DNA of 64,000 nucleotides, from IMG/VR virus record IMGVR_UViG_3300035661_000005; one strand, 5' to 3'. How positions within the stretch are numbered: the stretch's first letter is position 1; each line of letters opens with the position of its first letter. Both the position numbers and the translations under genes were made by a program. The notes below the pieces were generated by a model. It worked only from the letters and a program-made list of their open reading frames with translations, was not told the origin of the DNA and did not search any database. Shown piece by piece: positions 11,501 through 19,589 of this stretch. The DNA comes from a virus (Duplodnaviria > Caudoviricetes).

Positions 11501-13367
11501 CCTCCTCAATGTGGGATCGGCGACCCCCGACACGCTCTACCTCGGAGTCGGCCAGATCCTGGTCAGCGGCACCACGGGGCGCATGAGCACGCCGGGTGAA
11601 TTCCTCGACAACACCATCCCCGGCGGCGGTGTTTTCGCCTCCCACGGTGTCCAGATCGGCGACATCCTCGTGCTCACCAGCACGACGGGAGCGAACGTCT
11701 ACGGGATCGCGGTCATCGCGAAGGTCAACGGGGCGACCCTGTACCTCACGGACACCTCGCTCGGAGCTGCAGCTCCGGCCTCCGACAACCAGATCCGCTA
11801 CCAGATCTTCCGTCGCGGCCCGATTCCGGCCGTACGCCCTGGGGATCGAATCAAGATCGAGCGCATCGTCTTCACCGCTGCGGGTGTGCCTGGAAGCAAC
11901 ACGGCGATCCTACCGACGTCCGGTAACGAGAAGTACTCGGGCATCGGGACGTACGAGGTCCGCAGCGTGGACTACCGGAAGGGGACGGTCGACGTCTCTG
12001 GGGTGAACCTCCCCTCGACGGCGGTCGGTGCCCTGGCGGTCCACGAGGCGCCCTTCTTCTTCGGTGAGATCACGTCGGGGGCAACCTCGGACAGCTCGCT
12101 GACGGCGGCGATGTTGCCGGGCGGTCCGATGATGAACGGCCGAGGCATCGGCCTCAGCGTGTTCGCCAACGGCATCGGCTCGTTGAAGCCGGAGCGCATC
12201 ATCGACTTCGTCTACAACGAGGTCGATGATGAGTACGCCGCCCTGTGGCTCGGCACGAATGCCGGCGGGGATCCGTACCTCAACATCAGCACGTTCAAGC
12301 TCTCCACAATGGAGATCTTGAAGACCGTGTTGGTCTACTACGGCTCCGCGGGGGACTCGATCGAGATCGCGGCCCTCGGCTGGAACGGCAGCGAGTACCT
12401 CGTGGTCTACGTGGATCCTACGGACTTCGAGAACCGGGTGTACGCCATCGCGTACACCCCCAGCCTGTCCGCGACGAGAGACGGCACCAAGGTGACGCAG
12501 ATCACCAACCTGCCATCCATCGTGACGCACCTGCCCACGTACTACACGACGGACCCTTACAACGCGGGTCTGCTGTCGAACGACTCGGTGCAGCCGCGGT
12601 TCAAGCAGTTCACGATCAAGTGGAACCCCATCCTGTCTCGGTGGGTCATCGGGGTCAGCGTCGCCTGGTACTGGACGGCGGACGCAAGCAACAAGGAGAC
12701 GGTGGGCAGCGGCTCGGACGCCATGAAGTCCGCCTACCAGCTCGCGGCTTCGACGATCACGTCCGCCACCGAGAAGAGCATTCAGCTCAGCTCCGGAACC
12801 GAAGTGAACCGCTACATTCAGCCGGGCCTGCGGCTCTACTTCAGTGGGGCGACGAACGCGACGGCGATCATCCAGAAGGTCGACTACGACACGCGAACCA
12901 TCACGCTCCACACGCTCGTCAGCATCATCGAGCAGTCGACCGGCGACCTCACGGGGCTACCGGCTGGCAGCGTCTGGGTCGAGCCCCGCGAGGATGTCTT
13001 CTGCATCACCCTCGGGAGCCCGAACCCGACGGTCCTGTTCGACGACGCGGATGGCACCTTCCTGGAGAACGTGACGATCTCCGGGGAGGGTACGATCGAG
13101 TCGAAGTTCCTCCGCATGTCTCGCCCCATCTGGCAGTCCGGTGGCATGATGGTCGGCAACTGGGCACGCTTCCGCGGGGTCGAGAGCACGGACAACGACA
13201 TCATGGGTGTCCACCCGGCGCCGGGCCACAACCACCGCTTCCTGGAGCCCTCGGCCAAGGTCAACCTCCCGCGCATCTCCAACGTGAAGATCAACGGGCG
13301 CTACAGGTACCAAGGCCCACCGATCATGGAGGCCCCCATCCGCAGCCGCAACACGAGGAAGGGTTGA
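5511..13367 (+). CDS. Giant tail fibre/adhesin-like virion protein, 2618 aa
   Basis: Beta-helix lead-in (VHLRRGKHTISDTLVVPPGVILEGEGDSTVI), about 10 WDG-x-x-F/Y-x-V-x-W-like repeats, several TD..NF...GV..GD small modules. Confidence 0.65.
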   Translation: MAASFISTGSYSNLTRLELEQLRKADFFSGGKALTVGDSALPPEGVVGKGNIQAEPYTTQSSTQLDDVYSLTAPSMPGTLIGSQVSVGAPSEVVQWYGPEAITDGVHGTFTDAVHFTDATTNFSLVGVAAGDVLILRGPVDATVSPPNNEYTTAVVTGVAGAVLTLTTVNSPDGGPYVDSKLYGYTIIRPGAVQLFAVPGSGPTGEEQTFLMVLPGSTLHGNPGPTLDQINADRVVGIVPPTLTGTTLRDRADAVYAAPAPRGSGMDLGYRVILYPDNGSGTAPDLTRPITSLNPTIDPAIPAADQRMTIDYKAGTVRFSCAPKIGGDIKVGGGVGPTGRLNLYAVFFAFDQTLTKGAARHLWESRSDAQRISTPARVYYNRTTYAGWRITENADGRDFFVQAPDTDTDYRRLVRFGVIDPLAMDGRRYFTYDPELLLWRFVSQDVANTNDRVATVERAVADKTMTTVGDGTSPPMSPADLMPWGSFRGRRYSDSTIGAYLGLNISRGDYGVVHLRRGKHTISDTLVVPPGVILEGEGDSTVIEFLGLNSPGSTAAKPAIKFGPNTPWGVYDPTYDGSRVYPSQIDVAAVHIEGYQVVWNSVRRVWGVFWADATSRAIWFNEVGLDGNFLLPAHVDLKSSPALLCTTQDPLGRYHTTGHYPRVAFDEENDVYCVTWVQQVTLGGVVGPQVWFGAFQVEVDQQNERVTPFIPTVTVVLAPAAFEAAAFSDHPSVATTSNPSATLKYAVCYWRYAVAGSAATDVPTSTSIVMQTAPGNFTWGTSTHILTAPAVVTSTDVAADGWGGFEFVWSRHTHPLIMGTNGVIARPSGVAASITARTVGVSMTLTGLSGILPSYVGRKLIVSNTASGSNTGEFEILTYVSSSSVIVANKNAAAPPDGNNGSIHWEVDIGAFTDASFPDFNIYLGPQAGRRSKFLRLGKAFPTTYLSLSDFFNQDKADIYGNDYMVQPTNTSTVLELRSLRDGYAPAARTNILLVISGTGVSTGVNTITDAAVNFTTAGIQIGDQVFVNGSVNQITGVAAHQLTLADTVAASGALNYFVFVGAHHEHWAISPQTCIEGVRWWPSGVVDANVVPIAGWGSPSADTDVVLSEYEPDFVRITRGSNGFLVVYQAMRTTAQLAYPLAYNFAESAASMFASLRVNDYFAPYREHIGTNYAILNDGGQLTGPSPVQTTISYSGTLYQRMLRATEVSNRSLGTRGPMVDRPNLYGLDRNDVFPVSWNRSGNTFNIEVGCINWMHRWDNSTQVPSLIPDATWTGEDWTVVSPTKRHIHGYTGVYTVDGGGIVTFYDVTMYFGTDTPNTSDGVFQRRTIGVGDAIWFPGSGAVTITSIVDEHTVVLQADVKGLGPGSVAFNCEWALESQTDQALYGIKNAGYRVSEDGRVISSTSYMTFAAEYTDNAGAAGNGPTGQQEILTRTGSATQGMAPSGALAQVYTGYGGLLSPGTIYADSFQMGGRYIADIGWKGVAVGEPLLPTSRHLTEAPMVSIAWGENMFAFLGRDTTTSTSTTNQIKLYRQSFGPYNNGIRNLKIVNKRTTPKAYGALFYEPLSVLSTEWVYTRHGAPSSASARFDTDGFRNVYAYMGAADISYTPAYGHPSRIRYVYTDTLGRDGIHVDGPMALSESALKGSFALGTNPQVPFQSDIAGKWYGVSSPKVVWDGQRFVVAWAEGGGYGSSGGNMICLSVAPGDEDAGFQTTELGDPNDLTNVHQIHAAALTDLHNGSSVTQTTILDVAFSGKKYAVLWVAGLDTQGDGTGTIIGVTIFDQLAPGSHHGSLTFDERPLMGGLSGVTNGTQTYDDNSLVDSNAYFKSTAFEVLPGDILIAGNPGDAAYGVYQIRTVDTNSITVDRSLPAQTGLQYVVKRPLMPAGGKSYVLGSMPIFNQYGTAASVNRLEPYRTPKILWDGKQFVASWVGSAGNLNNYADVQYNGTAYDSMYVLPIPEEGLSSGEQIVQARSPGSNGFLWRPPTSGAPYLREGALGLLNVGSATPDTLYLGVGQILVSGTTGRMSTPGEFLDNTIPGGGVFASHGVQIGDILVLTSTTGANVYGIAVIAKVNGATLYLTDTSLGAAAPASDNQIRYQIFRRGPIPAVRPGDRIKIERIVFTAAGVPGSNTAILPTSGNEKYSGIGTYEVRSVDYRKGTVDVSGVNLPSTAVGALAVHEAPFFFGEITSGATSDSSLTAAMLPGGPMMNGRGIGLSVFANGIGSLKPERIIDFVYNEVDDEYAALWLGTNAGGDPYLNISTFKLSTMEILKTVLVYYGSAGDSIEIAALGWNGSEYLVVYVDPTDFENRVYAIAYTPSLSATRDGTKVTQITNLPSIVTHLPTYYTTDPYNAGLLSNDSVQPRFKQFTIKWNPILSRWVIGVSVAWYWTADASNKETVGSGSDAMKSAYQLAASTITSATEKSIQLSSGTEVNRYIQPGLRLYFSGATNATAIIQKVDYDTRTITLHTLVSIIEQSTGDLTGLPAGSVWVEPREDVFCITLGSPNPTVLFDDADGTFLENVTISGEGTIESKFLRMSRPIWQSGGMMVGNWARFRGVESTDNDIMGVHPAPGHNHRFLEPSAKVNLPRISNVKINGRYRYQGPPIMEAPIRSRNTRKG

Positions 13368-13370
13368 GCC

Positions 13371-14000
13371 ATGAGCCACTACCTGGTGGATGTCCACTCC
13401 AACCCCCTCAGTGGTGCGCGAGTCCTCGACGTGACGGATCCCCCGGACGGGCGGAGCCTCATGAACGGGGGCTCGATCATCTTTGTCCCCAACTACGTCT
13501 CGGTGCAGGACCCGACGGGCGTCGCCGACTTGATCACGAAGAAGTACCAGGGGCTCCTCGCCTACTACGCCGGCTTCGGGAACATCGTCTACGACGACCT
13601 CCTCGACACGCTCGGGGTCGACTTCGGCAACCCGGGCCTCAAGGGTAGCTTCGGTGACCGGGGAGCCATCACCCTCCCGCGGACTGGCTTCTTCTCCTCG
13701 CTGCCGGTGGCCCTGGGCAGCCCACCGGCCCAGGCGATCATCACCTGGGATTCCTACACGACGACGTGTGACACGGCTACGACTACGGACCGGACGCTAC
13801 GTCACTACAAGGAGGCCTCCTCCGGTCCCAGTAACTGGACGTGCCAGGTCAGCTTCGACGGGGGCCTGCACTACTACCCGACGACGGACGGGGCGGTGCT
13901 GAACATCCCGGTCGTAGGGCGAGGGACGAGCTTCGTTCTGCATCTCACCAACATCTCGGGCGACAAGCTGGGCCTGGGATCCTGGGCCTTGATTTACTAA
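13371..14000 (+). CDS. Putative virion protein, 209 aa
   Basis: Good codon bias; lies between large structural genes; beta-rich (WTCQVSFDGGLHY). Confidence 0.5.
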   Translation: MSHYLVDVHSNPLSGARVLDVTDPPDGRSLMNGGSIIFVPNYVSVQDPTGVADLITKKYQGLLAYYAGFGNIVYDDLLDTLGVDFGNPGLKGSFGDRGAITLPRTGFFSSLPVALGSPPAQAIITWDSYTTTCDTATTTDRTLRHYKEASSGPSNWTCQVSFDGGLHYYPTTDGAVLNIPVVGRGTSFVLHLTNISGDKLGLGSWALIY

Positions 14001-14024
14001 TCAGATCAGATTGGACAGGGAATC

Positions 14025-17000
14025 ATGAACAACCTCGGCCCCGACACCTCGCGCGTACTCGATCCGACGGCTACCGGCTTCCTGGAGGTCATCCTCCAGC
14101 AGGGGAAGCCGCCGATGGATGCGGAATTCAACCTTCTGCAGGAGATCGCCACGGGCCAGGTTCAGGCGGCGGTCCTTCGAGGGGTGCTCTCCGGGTGGCT
14201 CGGCAACGAGACCGGCCTTCCGAGCGACTTCGTGACGAACCCCAGCTGGTCCAACTGGTTCCAGTTCGGCCAGCAGCGGTCGGGAGAGAGGGCGTCCGTC
14301 AAATGGGCGATCGTCAACGGGTGGCTCATCCCGGTGGCGGGGACTCGCACGGGGAGCCCGCCTGGTGCTCCGGATGACACGGACACCTACAACAAGATCG
14401 CCCTCGATCCGCCGCCGGCCAACAGCGGTGACTTCCGCATCGACTTCATCTTCCTCGAAACCTGGCTCGCCCGGGTCGCTCCGAACCCCTCGACGGCCAA
14501 CAAGCCGAACGCCTCGGCGATCTACCGCTACGGCAACGTCGAGGGGGGCGCGACCTTCCTCCCGGACAACCTGATCGACCCGGCGCTCGGCTTCGAGACG
14601 AGCCAGCGGGTCCAGCTGCAGTACCGCATCCGCGTCGTGAAGGGACTCGTGGGCTTCACGGGCTACCCGGACGGTTTCGATCCGGCGATCGTCAGGGCGA
14701 AGGGCGCCTACGACCCGACGAACCCGGACACGACGACGGCGTACACCTTCCAGAACATGCGCCAGACGCTCGGTGATCCGGGCCTCTGGCGTGCGGGCGA
14801 CGGGACTGTCAACAACCTCGGGACGGTCGACGGCTACGTCTACGCGGTGCCGATCGCCGCTGTCTTCCGCCGTAACGGGGTCGCCTGGAACGGGGATCCT
14901 AGCCAGAACCTCAACGGCAGCTTCAACCGCGACCCTTCGGCCGTGGCTCGGGCGCTCAACCCCAAGATCTTCGCCTCGTCGGTCACGATCGCATCGGTCA
15001 TGACGGCGACCTCGACCTCGGTGACGCTGAGCACGGCGACCAACCTGCCCTTCCCGGCGACTCCGGCGACCCCCGTCACGGTTCGGATCGGCGACGAGAT
15101 CGTTCAGTACTCCTCGATCGTCGGTACGACGATGAACATCTCGGCGCGCGGCCAGAACGGTACCTCCGCTGAGGCGCATCAGGTCGGGGCGCCGGTCAAG
15201 ATCCTCTCGGGGCGTCCCGACGGACTCTTCGCCGATCAGGTGGCCGGCACGGACATCCTGGATCTACGGCACGCAGTCAACCCGAATGGCTTCGACTACC
15301 AGGCGATGCTGGAGTCGAACCTCGACAAGCTCCTCAAGGGGGAGCTGCGGACCAACTGGAAGCGCTCTGGCGCCGGGCCGCAGGGGCCGTTCGTCGCCTA
15401 CCAGGACAAGATCACGGCTGGTGCCGTCTCCCTGGGTGTCACGAAGCTCGACGCGCCAGACAAAATCAGAACGATCTTCTCGGACGCGAGCTGCCTCCAG
15501 CCGATCGAGATCGTGGCCTTCCCGAACGGGACGACCTCCCCGGCCGACGTGGGTGTCGCTTGGGGCCTCCGGATGAGCATCATCCACACGCCGGTCATCG
15601 GCGGACGGTTCAGCCCCGGAGACACGCTGGTCATCCCGGTCAACCAGCTCAAGGCGGGTCTCCCCGGAGGGGATGCCGACCAGGTCCGCTGGATGATCGA
15701 GGGGTTCGAGATGCGGGTCGACGGCAACAGCCAGCCGATCGATCCGAGCACCTACGCCCTGACGCCCACTACGCCGACGTCGAGCGACCCGCTGACGATC
15801 ACCCTTCAGGCGGGCTTCCCTACTACGACCCGTCAGCTCTACATCAAGGCGTACGCGATCTACGGCGCGGGCCGTGGCCTTTCGCGCCGCCCGGACGCGG
15901 TTCACTCGATCGCCCTCCTGTCCCCGAGCGCGGACATCCTGAGCAATCCGGTTGGGACGCCCTCGACGAACCGCGGGATGAAGATCTCCTGGGTGCCCCT
16001 CTGGAGCAAGTTCGCGGGCTCCGGTGTGGGTCGTGGACTCCCGACCGTGTCCGAGGCGTATGTCGACGCCGCCAGCAAGACGGTCGTGCTCCAGCCGCTC
16101 CAGCGGATCGAGATGCCGGCCGAATTCATCACGATGGATGGCACGGCGGCCAACATCGACCCGGGTGCGTCGCCGGTCTTCACGAACAACGCCGGATCGA
16201 GCGCCGGATCGAATGTCCTGACGGACATGACGGTCAATTTCATCACGGCCGGGGTCACGCCAGGGATGGCGGTCATCATCTCGAACGGGCCGCAACCGGG
16301 GCGCTACGTGGTCAGCACGCTGCCCTCGTCGGTCACGGCCAACACCCTGACCCTCGATAGGCCCCTCTACGCCACGACGAGCGGCCTATCGTACGCGATC
16401 TACACGGGCCAGGGGCTCATGCCCCTCCGGAAGCGCGATGGCGTCACGGCCAAGTGGGCGCAGACGGACCCGCTGAACCTCTTCTCGGGCAACCTGGAGG
16501 CGGCGACGCCCTATCCGGCGGCGACCAAGAACATCTACGTCACCCTACCTCGCCACCTGGTCCCCGGCTGGGGTGAATACAAGCTCCCGATCCTCCGGGC
16601 GGGTACCTCGATCTTCGCGGAGGGGGTCAACTACATGCTCCTCTCCCAGACGGGGGGCACGTACACGGACAACGACCGCAACTTCGTCCCGTACGCGGCA
16701 AGCGGCGTGTCGTTCGCCTGCTTCTCGACCCTGGACTTCAACCCGCCTGGGACGAACCCGGCCGCGTACAACGCGGCCTTCGGCCCCGTGGGTGGCAAGA
16801 CCTACGCAGGCATCCGGAAGTACACGGACACGCGGGGTCTGATGCGCCAGGGCCTGGAGCTGCCGCCCTTCTACGGGGTCGCCCGCCTGTTCGCCGTCTA
16901 CGAGGCGAACGACTACAAGGTCAACGGCTCGGCCTACAACGACGTCACCCGTGTGGCGACGGGGTCGCCCACGTCGGCCAAGAACCTGCTCCGGCAGAAC

Positions 17001-18404
17001 TTCGATGGTCCGCTCTTCTGGGTCGAGATCGACGAGGACGGGGATTCGACCTTCATCCTCAACGCAGACGCCCTCGACCTCTCGAAGTCCACGGTCAACC
17101 CGATCGTGAGCTTCATGGACTCCACGGCGCACTTCGTCATCGAGGCGAGCATCTTCGGCTTCGATCGTGGATCCTTCGCCCCGGACGGTGAATTCCGCCT
17201 CGTCCTGACGCAGCCGACGGGTTCCGCTGGGATGCGTCAGCAGGCGAACACGGCCTACCGTTACAACGACGGGGTCCATCCGGGGAACATCGGGGTTCCG
17301 GTCTCGGGTCCGATCGCGGTCCTCCCGGGTCCGCTCGGTGGATCGGACTCGGCGCTCATCAACTACAGCCGGACGCCCTACGGTGGCGACGCCTGGGGTA
17401 GCCAGACCAACTACATCGACATCGGCTACGCGCCGGGGTCGCTGACGAGCGGTATCGCCTACCTGTTCGAGGCCAACAAGCCGCAGGAGGCCAACCTCAC
17501 GCGGCCGAACCAGAAGGCGCTGGAAGTCCTGGCCTCGGTCAGCTTCAGCACGACGGCTGGGACGGGGCGCATCAGTGGAGTCGCCGACTCCACTGGCATG
17601 GCCCTCAACCCGATCTCGAACCCTGGGGCCGAGGATCTGACCTTCTACCCCCCTACGAGTCCAGTGGCGCCTCGGCCCCGGTTCGCCATGGGAGCGCTGG
17701 TCAACGAATTCTACCAGGTGCCGATCACCTCGAAGTACCTCGGCTGCACGGAGCGCCTCCCCCTCGGCGGCCTCTGGCGGGACAAGGACTTCAAGGGCGG
17801 CTCGTTCACCACGATGCCCGGCCCGCTGGTGAAGGGGATGGAGCGCTCGTTCGGTGCGGGTACCGGCCTGGCTCGCACCTCGACCTTGGAGGCGTTCGAT
17901 GCGGTTCCGATCCCGGACCACGGGACGGGTGAGCCGGGCGTCCTCGTCCATGTGGACGGCGAGTCGGGCAACTACTCGCCCCCCGTGGTCAACTTCCGGA
18001 CGTTCCGTGGCGGGTCGGCCTTCTCGGCAGCGGGTCCGAACCCGGGTGGGGAGGTGCTCGAAACCTCCGGCTGGAGCTTCCCGATCAACGACGTCAATCA
18101 GACCCTGTCGGCGACGGCCTACCTGGTGCGCAACACGGTCACCAACGTCGGCCTGACGGAGGTCTCGGCGGGCGATGAGCTGATGCTCCTGATCATCACG
18201 ACCGTTCAGCCGCCCAGTGACATGCACCTCATGGGACGGCAGCCGCTCACGGTCCGGTGCTCGACCAACGGGTTCGGGGAGGGTTACTCGGCGGCCGATC
18301 TCTACCGCATCGAGGGTCACCCGCTCGTCCGGAACAACGTCCACATGCAGGTCAACCCGAGCGCGATCGTTCTGACGCGAAACCCCGAGGTGGTGCAGCC
18401 ATGA
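14025..18404 (+). CDS. Virion structural protein, 1459 aa, paralogue of 676-3240
   Basis: ILQQGKPPMDAEFNLLQE; RVQLQYRIRV; GDPGLWRAGDG...LGTVDGYVYAVP; RPDGLF..DILDLR, all matching blocks in 676-3240. Confidence 0.65.
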   Translation: MNNLGPDTSRVLDPTATGFLEVILQQGKPPMDAEFNLLQEIATGQVQAAVLRGVLSGWLGNETGLPSDFVTNPSWSNWFQFGQQRSGERASVKWAIVNGWLIPVAGTRTGSPPGAPDDTDTYNKIALDPPPANSGDFRIDFIFLETWLARVAPNPSTANKPNASAIYRYGNVEGGATFLPDNLIDPALGFETSQRVQLQYRIRVVKGLVGFTGYPDGFDPAIVRAKGAYDPTNPDTTTAYTFQNMRQTLGDPGLWRAGDGTVNNLGTVDGYVYAVPIAAVFRRNGVAWNGDPSQNLNGSFNRDPSAVARALNPKIFASSVTIASVMTATSTSVTLSTATNLPFPATPATPVTVRIGDEIVQYSSIVGTTMNISARGQNGTSAEAHQVGAPVKILSGRPDGLFADQVAGTDILDLRHAVNPNGFDYQAMLESNLDKLLKGELRTNWKRSGAGPQGPFVAYQDKITAGAVSLGVTKLDAPDKIRTIFSDASCLQPIEIVAFPNGTTSPADVGVAWGLRMSIIHTPVIGGRFSPGDTLVIPVNQLKAGLPGGDADQVRWMIEGFEMRVDGNSQPIDPSTYALTPTTPTSSDPLTITLQAGFPTTTRQLYIKAYAIYGAGRGLSRRPDAVHSIALLSPSADILSNPVGTPSTNRGMKISWVPLWSKFAGSGVGRGLPTVSEAYVDAASKTVVLQPLQRIEMPAEFITMDGTAANIDPGASPVFTNNAGSSAGSNVLTDMTVNFITAGVTPGMAVIISNGPQPGRYVVSTLPSSVTANTLTLDRPLYATTSGLSYAIYTGQGLMPLRKRDGVTAKWAQTDPLNLFSGNLEAATPYPAATKNIYVTLPRHLVPGWGEYKLPILRAGTSIFAEGVNYMLLSQTGGTYTDNDRNFVPYAASGVSFACFSTLDFNPPGTNPAAYNAAFGPVGGKTYAGIRKYTDTRGLMRQGLELPPFYGVARLFAVYEANDYKVNGSAYNDVTRVATGSPTSAKNLLRQNFDGPLFWVEIDEDGDSTFILNADALDLSKSTVNPIVSFMDSTAHFVIEASIFGFDRGSFAPDGEFRLVLTQPTGSAGMRQQANTAYRYNDGVHPGNIGVPVSGPIAVLPGPLGGSDSALINYSRTPYGGDAWGSQTNYIDIGYAPGSLTSGIAYLFEANKPQEANLTRPNQKALEVLASVSFSTTAGTGRISGVADSTGMALNPISNPGAEDLTFYPPTSPVAPRPRFAMGALVNEFYQVPITSKYLGCTERLPLGGLWRDKDFKGGSFTTMPGPLVKGMERSFGAGTGLARTSTLEAFDAVPIPDHGTGEPGVLVHVDGESGNYSPPVVNFRTFRGGSAFSAAGPNPGGEVLETSGWSFPINDVNQTLSATAYLVRNTVTNVGLTEVSAGDELMLLIITTVQPPSDMHLMGRQPLTVRCSTNGFGEGYSAADLYRIEGHPLVRNNVHMQVNPSAIVLTRNPEVVQP

Positions 18405-18601
18405 TCCGCTCGATGACCTACCTGGACCTGACGCCCGAGCAGCGCAAGAAGGGGGCCAGCGTCGCACGGGAGCGTCTCCGCGGGGTGCTCGCCAATCCGT
18501 TCCTCACGGAGGAGCAGCGGCTGCATGTCCACGACGAGATGCACCGGCTCGACAAGTGGGAGAAGGGGCAGCCCCTCCCACCGAAGCCCTCGGTTGGGTG
18601 A
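18401..18601 (+). CDS. Hypothetical protein, 66 aa
   Basis: ATG at 18401 overlaps the upstream stop (ATGA); good codon bias. The ORF-track start at 18257 is probably too early. Confidence 0.6.
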   Translation: MIRSMTYLDLTPEQRKKGASVARERLRGVLANPFLTEEQRLHVHDEMHRLDKWEKGQPLPPKPSVG

Positions 18602-18639
18602 GTCCTCCTATGGAGGACTCTGGTAAAGGAGTCCTCCAT
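18600..18639 (+). promoter_or_regulatory. Mutually exclusive RNA hairpins over the RBS/start of 18638
   Basis: GAGTCCTCC (18600-08) and GAGTCCTCCAT (18629-39) are both complementary to the (AT)GGAGGACTC arm (18610-20). Confidence 0.6.
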
Positions 18640-19048
18640 GCCGACGCTCGACAAGGGATTAGAGATCTTCATCAACTGGCAGACGTTCGTCTTCTGCCTC
18701 GGTATCTACTTCGCCACGCAGATCGTCCGGACCCTGGTCGAGGCGTTCGTTCCGAACGTCAAGGTGAAGGGTACGAAGACGTACCACGCGTGGAACGAGG
18801 CCTTCCTGCCGCTCGGCCCGTTCGGGACGGGGATGCTCATCGCGCTCCTGGCGAAGAAGTTCCCGTGGCCGATGCCGATCGCGGATGCCATGTCAGCGAA
18901 GCTGATGTACGGCCTCATCTGCGGCGGTGCCTCGGGCTTCATGTACGGCCGGTTCCGCGCTTTCATCCGCATCCGGACCGAGAGCAAGGATGATGGGACT
19001 GCCATCGCGGATCCCGTCTCCGTGGACAACCAACCCCCGGGGAAGTGA
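18638..19048 (+). CDS. Multi-TM membrane protein, holin-like
   Basis: 136 aa with about three hydrophobic segments and a charged C-tail; directly follows the tail genes. Confidence 0.5.
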   Translation: MPTLDKGLEIFINWQTFVFCLGIYFATQIVRTLVEAFVPNVKVKGTKTYHAWNEAFLPLGPFGTGMLIALLAKKFPWPMPIADAMSAKLMYGLICGGASGFMYGRFRAFIRIRTESKDDGTAIADPVSVDNQPPGK

Positions 19049-19587
19049 TGGCGGACCAAGATCGGACGCAGACCTTCTGGCAGGCCGTGTGGGCCAAGCT
19101 CAAGCAGTGGGGGCACTGGGCGGCGCTGAAGCTAGTGGCGCCTGGTGTCGCTCTCGTGGTCATTCTGGTGGCGGTCCTGCTCGTGTCGGTCGGCTTCAAG
19201 GAGCTGCAGATCGGCGGTATCCTCGGCAAGCTCTTCGGCAAGAAACCCTCGGACAAGGCCATCGACACGGCGAACACGATCCCGCCGCACCGGGTCGACG
19301 AGAAGGGGAAGCTGATCCCGGCTGGGACGCCCGATTCGAAGGGTACCACGCAGGCGGTGGTCGTTCCCATCCAGGAGCCGGGCATCTTCTCGAACCCCGA
19401 CACGGTGAAGTTCACCCCGCCGGGGAAGGATGAGCCGGTCGAGGTCCAGCTCCCCGATGGCGTCAAGAACAAGGACGTCTCGCAGGTCGTTATCGTTCAC
19501 CCGGACATGGTCGTGGTGACTGTGAAGGACAACTCGGGGATCCCGGCGTCCCACGTGGATGACCTGCTCAAGAAGTACGGAGGCTGA
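19048..19587 (+). CDS. Inner-membrane-anchored periplasmic protein (i-spanin-like position)
   Basis: Single N-terminal hydrophobic helix (ALVVILVAVLLVSVG) followed by a soluble P/K/V-rich domain. Confidence 0.5.
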   Translation: MADQDRTQTFWQAVWAKLKQWGHWAALKLVAPGVALVVILVAVLLVSVGFKELQIGGILGKLFGKKPSDKAIDTANTIPPHRVDEKGKLIPAGTPDSKGTTQAVVVPIQEPGIFSNPDTVKFTPPGKDEPVEVQLPDGVKNKDVSQVVIVHPDMVVVTVKDNSGIPASHVDDLLKKYGG

Positions 19588-19589
19588 AC

